Source: an uncultured delta proteobacterium (GTDB lineage Bacteria; Myxococcota; Kuafuiibacteriia; Kuafuiibacteriales; Kuafuiibacteriaceae). From it: a stretch of 64,000 bases of DNA. Numbering within the stretch: position 1 is the stretch's first letter; each line of letters opens with the position of its first letter. Made by a program: the position numbers and the translations under genes. Shown here one piece after another: positions 21,284 through 30,948 of this stretch. Under the pieces are notes generated by a model. That model was not told the DNA's origin and searched no databases. It worked only from the letters and a program-made list of their open reading frames with translations. The DNA is taken from positions 1 to 64,000 of the forward strand of contig CAWDML010000006.1 of the NCBI GenBank assembly GCA_963803435.1, in the 5' to 3' direction.

Positions 21284-22304
21284 GCACCGCACCCCTCCCG
21301 GTATGCCCGGTCGGCGAGCTCGACCCTCCCAGCGACGAGGAGCGTTGGCTCGTCGAGCCGCTGTGGACGCGCGCGGCCGTCGGATTCATTGGCGGCGTCC
21401 CCAAGCTCGGGAAGACATGGCTCGGCCTCGACCTCGCGCTGTCCGTCGCAACGAGCACGCCCTGTCTCGGCCGCTACGTCGTCAAGGATCCCGGGCGCGC
21501 GCTCGTGTATCTCGCCGAGGATCACACCTCGGTGGTACGGCAGCGTCTCGAGGGCTCTGCCGCCTCCGCGGCCTCGACATCACCAAGGTCGAGGTCGACG
21601 TGATCACCGCTCCGAGCCTCCGCCTCGACCTGCCGCGCGACCAGGAGCGCTTGCTCGAGACGGTGCGGCAGCGCCGCCCCCGCGTCGTGCTCCTGGATCC
21701 GCTCGTCCGCCTGCATCGCGTCGACGAGAACAGCGCCGGCGATGTCTCCGGCCTGCTCGCGTTTCTCCGCGATCTCCAGCGAGCTTGTGACGTCGCGGTC
21801 GTCCTCGTCCACCACATGCGGAAGACCGGCGGCGCTTCGGGGCAGTCGCTCCGCGGCTCGGGAGACTTCCACGCTTGGATTGATTCCGGCTGCTATCTGC
21901 GCCGCACCCGCGAGGGTGTCGTGCTTCGTGTCGAGCATCGATCGGCGCCATCGCCCGATCCGATCCTGATCGAGCTCACCTCTGACGATGACGGCGAGAA
22001 CACCCGGCTTGAAGTCGTGAACGCCGGCGATGATGCGCCGCCTTCAGCAGCGCCCATCGTCTTGCGGCTCGCCGACAGAATCCTCGATGCGCTCGGCGCC
22101 GCGGGCGGACCGATGACGAAGGCGGCGCTGCGGAAGGCGTTACAGATCAACAACCAGCGCCTCGGCGACGAGCTCGCGAGCCTCGAGGCACAATCACGCG
22201 TCGTGCACGGAGCCGCCGGCTGGGATCTCGAGCGTTCCAGCGGAGGCGTTCCGCGAAAACCCACAGAGCGCCGGAACGGAACGCCGGAACGGTCCTCGTA
22301 CTGA
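21280..22304 (+). CDS. AAA_25 RepA/RecA-like ATPase (one frameshift ~21555)
   Basis: WLVEPLW, GGVPKLGKTWLGLDLA, YLAED, VLLDPLVRLH, VHHMRK, LRGSGDFHAW. Confidence 0.82.
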
Positions 22305-22589
22305 TCATCGATTCGGCCGGCAGGGCGTGGCCAACAAACTCGGGCAACGGTGGCGACCGACCCGGACCCAAACCGGATGCGCCCTGCCGGCCGTCCCCCG
22401 TCGACCGGCCATCCGGGAGGGGACAAACGCAGTCAACGAGTCAGCGGGTCGGCCGGACGAAGCTCATGTCCTCACGAGACTCCGGGACAAAGCTCCGTTA
22501 GCAGTGCGGGCTGGTACATGGAGGGCCTCGGCGACGATGCGGTCGGTGACGGCGGAGAGGTGGGCGTGCAGCGTCTCGACCATCTGCGG

Positions 22590-23200
22590 CGATGATGGGG
22601 AGCTTCGCCCAGCAGGCCTCCTTTCGGATCTCGCGAATGGCGGTCAGGCCGTCCATCTCCGGCATCATCAGGTCCATCAGCACGAGCGCGACGTCCGGCC
22701 GCCGCGCCAGCGCCTCGAGGGCCTCCCTGCCGTTGCGAGCGATGACCACCTGGGCCCCCTTGGGTTCGAGAACGCTGCTGAGCGCGAAGACGTTCCGGAC
22801 ATCGTCCTCGACGATCAGGATGACCCGGCCCTCGAAGATGGACTCGCGGTCCCGCACCTTCTGCAGCATCCGCTGCCGTTCGACCGTGAGCTGTGACTCG
22901 ACCTGGTGAAGGAACAGCGTCACCTCGTCGAGGAGCCGCTCCGGCGAGCGCGCACCCTTGACGATGATCGAGCTGGAGTATCTCCGGAGTCGCTGCTCGT
23001 CCTCCTGGGACAGGTCGGTGCCCGTGTAGATCACGACCGGTGGGAACGAGAAGGCGTCGTCGTCCGCCATGCGTTCGAGGAGATCGAAGCCGCTTCCGTC
23101 GGCGAGTGTCAGGTCCATCACCACACAATCGAAGGTCCGGGCGTGGAGCTCGTCCAGCGCCTCGCGGACGGTGCCGACGCCGAAGGTCTCGATGCCGTCG
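22590..23200 (-). pseudogene. Tandem receiver domains, fragment of a hybrid histidine kinase
   Basis: FDCVVMDLTLAD, PVVIYTG, ILIVEDD, VLMDLMMPEMDG; cut at LPIIA. Confidence 0.85.
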
Positions 23201-23289
23201 CCGCCCGCGAGATAGAAGGTGAAGTCGCCGTCGATGGGAAGCCCGAGCGGAGCGAAGCGCCCGCGCAGCGCGTCGACGCGAAGGCCGCC

Positions 23290-23420
23290 GGCCGGCTCCG
23301 GCGCGCGGAAGCGGAGCGCACCGACTGGCACCTCCGCAAACGGGATGCCGGCGAAGCGCACCGTCCCGCCCTCGGCGGTGCCGCGGACCAGCCCGCGGCT
23401 CGTGGCGACGGTCATCGGAT
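23290..23420 (-). pseudogene. Type-B carboxylesterase N-terminal fragment
   Basis: VATSRGLVRG...FAGIPFAEVPVGALRFRAPEP. Confidence 0.75.
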
Positions 23421-23911
23421 CGGGCGCCGTCTTCACGCTGCAGGCCTCGGGTGGGTCGGTGCCGGCGTCCTCCGAGCTCGCGACCTCGCTTCGGCCCTCA
23501 TCCCGGCCACCTCTCAGCCTCAACCGAGACGTAGGTCTCCTACAGCCTTCCTCTCGCTCGACGGTCCGATCGACGTCGAGGTCGTCTCGTACGGCGAGTC
23601 CACCTCGCGTACGCTCCCTCCAGCCGATGCCGCCGAGCTACCTCAGCGGCCGGCTCACCGGATCGACGCGATCGAGCTCGTCGATCAGCTCGAGGACCTG
23701 CGCCTCCTGCTGGAGGCGAGGGCGAGGAGGAGCGGGAGCACGGCGCCCGAATCAGCAATCGGCGGACCAGACCGGCGCGCTCCCCAGCCCCGCGTTCGTC
23801 CGGTTCCGTCCGGAATCCGAACGCCGCCTCCGAGATCCGGACGCAATTCGAACGATGGTGGTCGGAACGGGATCTTTCCCGCTGGCATGAAGTCCGCGGT
23901 GGACCTGCGCC

Positions 23912-24712
23912 GTGGAGGCGGCGCAGGTCTACGTCCCGCGGGAACCGCGCGAGGGAGTGCTCGCGCCGCTGGTGCGCGAGTGGTGGCCTCGCCATGTCGA
24001 GTTGATTGAAGCGGAGGGCGGGACGGTGCCGGAGTTCGTGCATCGAGCGGTCGAGCGCTTCCTTGCCTGCGGCGACGCAAACGAGGGCTTCATCACTCTG
24101 AAGTGTTCGAGGTGTGGCACCGAGCGAGCGCTGGCGTTTTCTTGTAAGGTCCGCGGCCTCTGCCCGAGCTGCGGCACGCGTCGGATGCACGACGTCGCCG
24201 ACCACCTGGTGAAGCGCGTGCTGCCGGCGGTGGCGGTGCGCCAGTACGTGTTGTCTCCACCCTCGGAGCTGGTCGGGCTGCTCGGGGCGCGAGCCGAGGC
24301 GCTGTCGTCGCTGTCTCGCATCTTCGTGCAGGCGACCTTCGCAGGGATCCGAGCGCGCTCGGGTACGGAGCTCGCCTGCGGGGCCGTGGTCGTATTTCAG
24401 CGTTTCAACAAGGCGCTCACGGTCTATCCCCATCTTCACGTTCTGGTGCTGGACGGCGGCTACGTCACGCGCGATGACGGAACACTGGAGTTCGTGGAGG
24501 ACCAGACCCCGGGACCAAGCGCCCTTCGTGAGCTCGAAGCTCGCGTCGAGGAGCGTTTCACTCGATGGCTGAAGCGGCACGGCTTCCTCGAAGACGCGCC
24601 ACCGAAGCCAAAGGCCGACGACGACTGGTGGACAGCCGCGGCGCGCGAGCCCGCAGGCCTGCTGGCGGTCGGACGGATCGGCGCCTCGATCGCCGCGAGG
24701 TGGTGGCGGTGA
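23912..24712 (+). pseudogene. IS91-family (Y2 HUH) transposase, truncated
   Basis: FLACGD, CSRC, FSCKVRGLCPSCG, RQYVLS, PHLHVLV HUH motif; catalytic tyrosines absent. Confidence 0.85.
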
Positions 24713-24733
24713 TCGGCGATCAGGATGCGGGGG

Positions 24734-24817
24734 TGTAGGTGTCAGGGACCGGGCTATCTGATCGGCTCGGGGCCGGCCAAAGTGATCGCTCCGGGGCGGC
24801 CAAAGTGATCGCTCCGG
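24734..24817. repeat. Possible IS21-type end remnant with two 21-bp direct repeats
   Basis: TGTAGGTGTCA start; cggccaaagtgatcgctccgg at 24774 and 24797. Confidence 0.5.
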
Positions 24818-24900
24818 CAGCCATCTTCAGATCGGGACCCGGACCGGGACCGGGACCCGGACCGGGGTCGCGTGAGCGCTTACGCGCTACACGCTCCTAG
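24816..24900. repeat. Solo right end of the IS1182-like element, identical to 63614-63698
   Basis: 85-bp exact match including GGGACC-type hexamers and ACACGCTC-CTAG. Confidence 0.9.
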
Positions 24901-25985
24901 CGGTTCTCGCGCAGCCAGCTGCGGAAGGCGTCGCTCCGGAAGAACGGATCCGACGTCCGGTGCCCCACGCCTTCGAGCTCCTGAACCTCCAGGTTCAGGC
25001 CGAGCCCGCGAAGCTCGTCCGGGCAGGAGTACCGCATCGGGACCGATTGATCGGTGGCGTCGAAAGCGATCCGGATCGGAGGGAGGCGCAGACTCTCGGC
25101 GCTCTTCATGCGGTCGAGCGCGGAGAGCTCTCCGTCGATCGGTCTGTTCCCGTGGCGCGCCTGGAGCACGCTCCCCGAGACGACCGCCGCGGCACGGATC
25201 CAGGCTCCCTCCGGCTTGTCGTGATACTCGGCGAGATAGTTCCACACGGAGTGTCCACCCGCGCTGTAGCCGGCGAGCGCCACGCGGTCGACGTCGACCC
25301 GGTCCCCGAACGTGTCGCGCACGTGAGCGACGAACTCGCGGACGCCCTCCGGCGTGAACGACCACGTATCGCCCGAATGCTGCGGGACGAAGACAGCGCC
25401 AAGCTCGGGCCCCCACTCGCCCGCCGCGATCAGCTTGCCGGGCCCGTTGGAGAGAACCTTCGCGAGCGCCTCGGGCTGACCGTCCCCACGCTCCTTGATC
25501 CCGTGGAGGAAGATCGTGGCCGGGACCTCGCGGTCCGTCTCGGGGATGAATGCGAGGTAGCCGACCGCGTGCTCGGTCGCTGGGACGACGAGGAGCTCCC
25601 AGCCTTCGGGGACCGCGATCGACGCTCGCACCCGTTCGATCGCATCGAGCTCCGACTGAAGTCTCTCGAACTCTGTCGCGTCCACTTGGCCGACTCCACC
25701 ATTCCTGAGCACCTCCGACAGGTGCAGAAGCGCCTTCGAGGCGGTCGCGAGCGGTTGCGCGCCGGCGCGGCGAGCCTCGGCGACGAGACCTTGGACGCGC
25801 GGATTGGTGAGGAGCGCTCCAACCAACAGACGAGCCGCGACGAAGTCGCTCGGCTGCGTGCTCACCCGCTCGGCCGCATCCACCACCGCCGGAACGCTGG
25901 GCGGATGCTCTGGCCACGCCACCTGCTTGTCGGTGAGCACCCGGATGGCGTCGGCAAAGGGCTGGAGGGGAGAGACCTTGCTCAT
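24897..25985 (-). CDS. Alpha/beta hydrolase with N-terminal helical extension
   Basis: IFLHGIKERG, DRVALAGYSAGG nucleophile motif, GVGH. Confidence 0.8.
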   Translation of the reverse strand: MSKVSPLQPFADAIRVLTDKQVAWPEHPPSVPAVVDAAERVSTQPSDFVAARLLVGALLTNPRVQGLVAEARRAGAQPLATASKALLHLSEVLRNGGVGQVDATEFERLQSELDAIERVRASIAVPEGWELLVVPATEHAVGYLAFIPETDREVPATIFLHGIKERGDGQPEALAKVLSNGPGKLIAAGEWGPELGAVFVPQHSGDTWSFTPEGVREFVAHVRDTFGDRVDVDRVALAGYSAGGHSVWNYLAEYHDKPEGAWIRAAAVVSGSVLQARHGNRPIDGELSALDRMKSAESLRLPPIRIAFDATDQSVPMRYSCPDELRGLGLNLEVQELEGVGHRTSDPFFRSDAFRSWLRENR

Positions 25986-26347
25986 TTCACCTCCGGGCGC
26001 GCGCGACATCGCACCGCGAGGACATCGGTGGCTGGAGCGAAGAGCGACGCGAGGGCCTCCATGCTCGAGGCGTCCCCGGTCCAGACGAACAGCGCCCCCG
26101 GCTCCGAGTCGCGGAGCCGCCCGCGGAGGAACGCCTCGAGCGACCGGGCCGTGGTGATGATGCGCAGGTCGGCCTGCCCATCCCATCCCTTGCGAACGCC
26201 GTCGGAGGGACGGATCACGAATCGACCACCTTCACGCAGAGCGATCGCGAGCGAGTAGCGGGGTGGGAGCGCGTTGGCCCGTTCGCAGACCATCGCGGCG
26301 AGCGCGCGGACCGCGAGCGGCAGCGGAATGGATGTCGTCTCCTCCAT
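25982..26347 (-). CDS. Small SCP2-like protein
   Basis: GG.F.I....V..G....ADL.I......L..FL.G pattern; overlaps hydrolase start. Confidence 0.5.
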   Translation of the reverse strand: MEETTSIPLPLAVRALAAMVCERANALPPRYSLAIALREGGRFVIRPSDGVRKGWDGQADLRIITTARSLEAFLRGRLRDSEPGALFVWTGDASSMEALASLFAPATDVLAVRCRARPEVK

Positions 26348-26415
26348 CGCGTCTCGGAACGATCACGCTAACACATCAGGCCGATCGCCGGCACCAACCG
26401 TAGTAGAATCGAGAC

Positions 26416-26865
26416 GTGCCTTCGCAGTTCGAGGAGGCCTTGGCCGCCCAGCTGGTTCATGGGACCGGAGAGACCTTCGAGCTTCCGTCGACGGCGCTCG
26501 AACCGCTGGCCCGAGTCCTTCGCCGAGCGGTCGAGGGGACGCGCGCTCTCGAGGAGGTCCAGCGCGCGGTCCAGCTCATCGCCGCCCTCTACGACGAGCT
26601 CGCATCGCCCACGGCCGCGCGCCAGCTCTCTTCGATCCTCCTCGCCGAACGCAAGGCGCTTCCGCTGCTCAAGAAGCTCGGCGCCGTCGACGAAGCGACG
26701 GGCAAGCTCCGCCGGTTTCTGAAGAGCGAAGGACGCGCGCCGCTGTTCGTTCCTCCGAGCGCCGACGGCCCAAAGGGCGTGTCGACGCTCGATCTGCGCG
26801 CGGAGAACGCGAATCGAAAGGCGCGCACGCGCACGCGAAAGCGAACCGATCGGCGAAAGAAGTGA
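26416..26865 (+). CDS. Hypothetical protein
   Basis: GC3-biased helical ORF. Confidence 0.55.
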   Translation: MPSQFEEALAAQLVHGTGETFELPSTALEPLARVLRRAVEGTRALEEVQRAVQLIAALYDELASPTAARQLSSILLAERKALPLLKKLGAVDEATGKLRRFLKSEGRAPLFVPPSADGPKGVSTLDLRAENANRKARTRTRKRTDRRKK

Positions 26866-26979
26866 TCAGCAGGCGACAGCGGCTGACCCTCACTGTGGAC
26901 GAAAATCATCTAACAGCGGTCGGCGCGCACGCAGTCTGACACGCACAACTTCGCACCGCGTCGCACCGAGAATTTGGTC

Positions 26980-27543
26980 ATGACGACGACGGTACGCATC
27001 GAGGAACGACAAGACATCACCAGGACGGGGACGAGCGGAGCCATCGCGCTCGCGCTTCTCAGCGCGGCGAACAGGGTCGGACCCGGCGGAGTCTCCGCCG
27101 AGGTCGGCGGGCTTCTGCAGCATGTGGACTTGGGGCCCACGGGCACGGGCGGCCAGAGCAACGAGGTCGGCGGCGCGCGGGGCGGCGGCGCGAGCGCCGA
27201 GGTCGGCGGTGCGCAGCGAGGCGGCGCGAGCGCGGAGGTTGGCGGCGCACAGCGAGGCGGCGCGAGCGCCGAGGTCGGCGGTGCGCAGCAAGGCGGCGCG
27301 AGCGCCGAGGTCGGTGGCGCACAGCGAGGCGGCGCGAGCGCCGAGGTCGGCGGTGCGCAGCAAGGCGGCGCGAGCGCCGAGGTCGGCGGCGCGCAGCAAG
27401 GCGGCGCCAGCGCCTCGGCCGAGGTCGGCGGAGCCGGCGGTGCCCAGCGGATGCCCGAGCATCCCCTGGTGACCGGTGCCCAGGGCACTCACGGGGCGAG
27501 GAAGCTCGATCTCGTCGCGCTCATGGCCGCTCGCTGGAACTAG
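26980..27543 (+). CDS. Gly/Ala-rich protein with tandem 12-aa repeats SAEVGGAQ(R/Q)GGA
   Basis: 36-bp tandem repeat ~27155-27435 with mostly third-position variation in this frame. Confidence 0.65.
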   Translation: MTTTVRIEERQDITRTGTSGAIALALLSAANRVGPGGVSAEVGGLLQHVDLGPTGTGGQSNEVGGARGGGASAEVGGAQRGGASAEVGGAQRGGASAEVGGAQQGGASAEVGGAQRGGASAEVGGAQQGGASAEVGGAQQGGASASAEVGGAGGAQRMPEHPLVTGAQGTHGARKLDLVALMAARWN

Positions 27544-27830
27544 GCGACTTGCCCCGAGAGAATCGTGACAAGAGGCCGAGCTTGCGCCGCTGATCGACCG
27601 CTGGGGCCTGCAGTCTTCAGATGCGAGCGGACGGCGAGATCAGGGCGCAAGCCGAGCCCCGCTCACGACCAGCACGTCGCCTGTGCACGTGCGATCCGAG
27701 ACTGTCGGCTGCAAGCTGAGAGCCGTCCACCTAGGAGCCGAGAGGTCTTCGTGGGGCGCCGCAGGAGCGTCACTACGGGCGCAGCCATCCCACGATGCAG
27801 TCGGCAGTTCGCACGGCGCATGGTGTAGAC

Positions 27831-28511
27831 ATGGGTATCAAGAACTATCTCGTTGAGGGGCTTTCCGGGACCGGCAAGACTTCGGTTTGCAATGAATTGC
27901 AGTGGCGTGGATACCAAGCGATTGATGGTGACCGCGAATTGGCTTATCAGGGCGATCCGGAAACTGGAGAGCCGACGGATGGGCTGGCACACCAGCACCA
28001 CATTTGGCATGTGGAAAAGGTAAGAGCCCTAGTCGCAAACCAGGATGAATCGGTCACATTCTTCTGCGGTGGTTCCAGGAATTTTGCCAAATTTGTTGCT
28101 TTGTTCGACGGCGTCTTCGTTCTCGAGGTTGACCTTGGCACATTGAACCGGCGGCTTGACGAGCGACTGGACCATGAGTGGGGCGGCGGAAAGCCAATGG
28201 AACGTGAATTCATCGCGCGCCTGCACGAAACGAAAGAAGACATTCCAGAGGGCGGTCTCGTCATCGATGCTACGGCGCCCATCACGCGCGTCGTGGACGA
28301 GATCCTTCATCAGAGTCTGCCCCGGCGGCTGCCATCAACGACCGCGCTGCTCCGGTTCGAGGCGCCGGATCGGTCACGTTTTCACGATCGCGACGACGAC
28401 GCCCCCAGCCCCCACACCCCGCCGAACCGGCGTGACCATTCATTTCCCCTGTGTCGAGGAACCCGCCTTCAGCTCGGGCCTTGTCCGTCCATGCGATGTC
28501 GCCTCCAATAG
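27831..28511 (+). CDS. P-loop nucleoside/nucleotide kinase-like protein (C-terminal tail probably read-through)
   Basis: NYLVEGLSGTGKTSVCNEL; lower GC. Confidence 0.8.
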   Translation: MGIKNYLVEGLSGTGKTSVCNELQWRGYQAIDGDRELAYQGDPETGEPTDGLAHQHHIWHVEKVRALVANQDESVTFFCGGSRNFAKFVALFDGVFVLEVDLGTLNRRLDERLDHEWGGGKPMEREFIARLHETKEDIPEGGLVIDATAPITRVVDEILHQSLPRRLPSTTALLRFEAPDRSRFHDRDDDAPSPHTPPNRRDHSFPLCRGTRLQLGPCPSMRCRLQ

Positions 28512-28517
28512 AGGGAC

Positions 28518-29843
28518 GTGACCTCCAGCCTGAGCCTCGACGAACCCGTCCGATCGCTCCGTGACTTCGGGGAGCCGTCGATCTGGCACGAAGTGGTGCA
28601 TGCGCTGAGCAACGCGCGTGTCCTCTGGATCGACACGCAGACGCTCGAGACCGACTTTCCGCATCTCGCTCGAGCCGCGCTCGACGCGAGGCTCGGATCC
28701 GCGGCGGACGCGAACCAGCACCGCGCTCGCCTCGAGGCGTGGCTCCTCCGCAACGCTGCGGTGATCTCGGATCCCCAGGCACGACAGGAGCGAACAAACT
28801 CGCCGATCGAGACGACCGGCGACCTCCTGATCGCGCATCGCCTGCCGCGCTACGGGCGAGCCGTCGTGATGAGCACGCGGGCGAGCCTTCGCAAGCTGCC
28901 GCACGCGCGCTACCTCGAGTGGCACGACGAACCGGACGGGCTGCTCGACATCAAGGGCGTCGGCGTTCCGCCGGGCGCACGCCCGGAGCCGAAGCTCCAC
29001 CAGACCGGCCTCTTGCCGCTGTCCGAAGCCTTCACCGAGGTGCTGCGACAACGGCTCATCGAAGCGATCTTTCGCCACGCGGAGGTCGACCTGAAGGGCG
29101 TCGGCATCTACGGCATCTTGGACCTCGGCTTTCGCGTCAAGACGCCGAGCGAGCACATACCCGCCGCTGCCATCGTCCGGCGCGCCCACCTGAGAGCGCC
29201 GGGAGGGGTGGAGCTTCCGGCCCACGGCTCGCCGGAGCAGAGGATCCTGCTCCAGGTCGAGCTCCTGCTCCGCCTTTACGGCGTCACCTCGACCAACCCG
29301 ACCCGGCTCGAGGTTCGCGAAGGCGAGCACGGCCTGATCGCGCTCCGTGGTCTGGAGCCGTTGCACGCCGACGTGTCGCTGCTCGAGCAGCTGGTCCGAG
29401 ACGTGGGTCGACCGCCGCCGTGGGAGATGGCGGCCGTCAACGTGCAGCTGACGCGGCATGCGTTCGAGGGTCCGCTGCGCGCCCGTCTCGTCGACTTCGG
29501 ACAGTACCAGTTCGAGCCGCGCTTCGAACTTCCGCTCCTCAGCCTCGTTCACGACCGATTCCTGCAGTGGGGAGGCGCAATGTGGCCGACCGAGCCGGGC
29601 TGGATCCAGCCTGATCCTCAGCTCGCCGTGAGGCGCGAGGTCGTCGCCTACCGTCCCATCGGTGCCAGCATCGGCCGCTTGGCCGCCAAGGATCCCGAAA
29701 AGGAGATGCCGGGCGATCGATACTTCGGATACGAGATGGTCCGCCGGCTCGAGGAGGATGATCTCGATCCCTCGAGCGCCGAGGCCGCCATCCAACGGTT
29801 CATCGCCGAAGCCACCGCACCGTGGCGCGGCGAGCAGCCCTGA
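28518..29843 (+). CDS. Hypothetical protein with SelO/YdiU-like motifs
   Basis: YGRA, LLDIKGVG, TGLLPLSEAFTE, VNVQ...LVDFGQY; C-terminus duplicated at 53411-53770. Confidence 0.6.
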   Translation: MTSSLSLDEPVRSLRDFGEPSIWHEVVHALSNARVLWIDTQTLETDFPHLARAALDARLGSAADANQHRARLEAWLLRNAAVISDPQARQERTNSPIETTGDLLIAHRLPRYGRAVVMSTRASLRKLPHARYLEWHDEPDGLLDIKGVGVPPGARPEPKLHQTGLLPLSEAFTEVLRQRLIEAIFRHAEVDLKGVGIYGILDLGFRVKTPSEHIPAAAIVRRAHLRAPGGVELPAHGSPEQRILLQVELLLRLYGVTSTNPTRLEVREGEHGLIALRGLEPLHADVSLLEQLVRDVGRPPPWEMAAVNVQLTRHAFEGPLRARLVDFGQYQFEPRFELPLLSLVHDRFLQWGGAMWPTEPGWIQPDPQLAVRREVVAYRPIGASIGRLAAKDPEKEMPGDRYFGYEMVRRLEEDDLDPSSAEAAIQRFIAEATAPWRGEQP

Positions 29844-29902
29844 GCGCGTCCGAAGAGGAGCGTGCCTCGACTTCTCGAGCTGGGCTCCCCTATCCTCGAT
29901 GG

Positions 29903-30919
29903 GTGCGTCTCTTGCTGCTCGGCGGCTCCTGGTTGCTCGGCCGTCTGATCGCCGCGGACTCGATCGGGCGAGGATTCGAGGTCACGGTCTTCAACCGCGG
30001 GCGCGGCCGAAGCCCCCTTCCCGATCAGGTGCACGAGCTCCAGGGTGATCGGACGAGCGATGACGATCTGCGACGGCTCGCCACCTTCGGCCCGTGGGAC
30101 ACGATCATCGACATCTCCGGGAAGATCCCCGCGCTCGTCGGCCGAACGGTGCGGACGATGGCCGACCTCACGTCCCGCTACGTCTCCGTCTCGTCCGTCG
30201 CGGTCTACCGAGACTTCCCTTCCGCCGCCGTCGACGAGGACTCGCCCCTCCTGCCGGGCGATCCGACGTTCGACCCCGGACCTGCGGGTTGGGACCTCAG
30301 TCAGTACGGGACGCTGAAGGTCGGCTGCGAGCTCGCCTGCCGCGACGTGCTCGGAGCGGATCGGCTGCTCGTGGTGCGACTTCACGCGATGATCGGCCAG
30401 TACGAGGACACCGACGCCGTCCAGTTCTGGCTGCAGCGGCTGCGGCGCGGTGGAGCCGTCCTCCTGCCCCGTCCGGACCGGCCGCTCCAGGCGATCGATG
30501 TCCGGGACGTCGCGCGGTTCCTGGTGGATCAGATCGAGCGCGGGACCACGGGCGTCTTCAACATCGGCGCCCGCGCAGAGGAGCGAATGTTCGGCGCGCT
30601 GATCCGGGCCTGCACCGAGGCCGTCGGCGCGAAGCCCGAGCTCGTGTGGACCGATCCGGAGTGGCTGCTGCGCCAGGGCGTGCGGTGCGGGCAGGATCTG
30701 CCGCTCTGGGACGTCCGGCCGGGGATGTGGAGCGTCAGCGTCGAGCGCGCCCTCGCCGCCGGGCTCGAGAGCCGCCCGTTTGCCGAGACCGCCGCGGATA
30801 CCTGGCGATGGCTGAAGGATGATCGTCGTCCCGAGGAGAAGAAGCGCTTCAAGCGGCTCGGTCTCGATCCCAGCGCGGAGGCCGAGCTCATCGCCCGCTG
30901 GCAGCGCCGCTCGGGCTGA
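29903..30919 (+). CDS. NAD-dependent epimerase/reductase (SDR)
   Basis: LLLGGSWLLG, VFNRG, YVSVSSVAVY, YGTLK, IDVRDVA. Confidence 0.88.
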   Translation: MRLLLLGGSWLLGRLIAADSIGRGFEVTVFNRGRGRSPLPDQVHELQGDRTSDDDLRRLATFGPWDTIIDISGKIPALVGRTVRTMADLTSRYVSVSSVAVYRDFPSAAVDEDSPLLPGDPTFDPGPAGWDLSQYGTLKVGCELACRDVLGADRLLVVRLHAMIGQYEDTDAVQFWLQRLRRGGAVLLPRPDRPLQAIDVRDVARFLVDQIERGTTGVFNIGARAEERMFGALIRACTEAVGAKPELVWTDPEWLLRQGVRCGQDLPLWDVRPGMWSVSVERALAAGLESRPFAETAADTWRWLKDDRRPEEKKRFKRLGLDPSAEAELIARWQRRSG

Positions 30920-30948
30920 ACCCGCTCCGGTTCTGGTATGATCGATCG

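Larger units (their letters stand above)
18320..22489 (+). mobile_element. Four-gene DDE transposon (Zn-ribbon protein, transposase, ExeA-like AAA+, AAA_25)
   Basis: Co-oriented genes; candidate ends TGTCCCG..TGAG (18320) and CTCA..CGGGACA (22489); no target duplication seen. Confidence 0.7.

Noticed and set aside
26910-27488. Cys/Pro repeat protein (CAPPTSALAPP) on the minus strand
   Set aside because: Antisense reading of the 36-bp repeat; variation is largely synonymous in the plus frame
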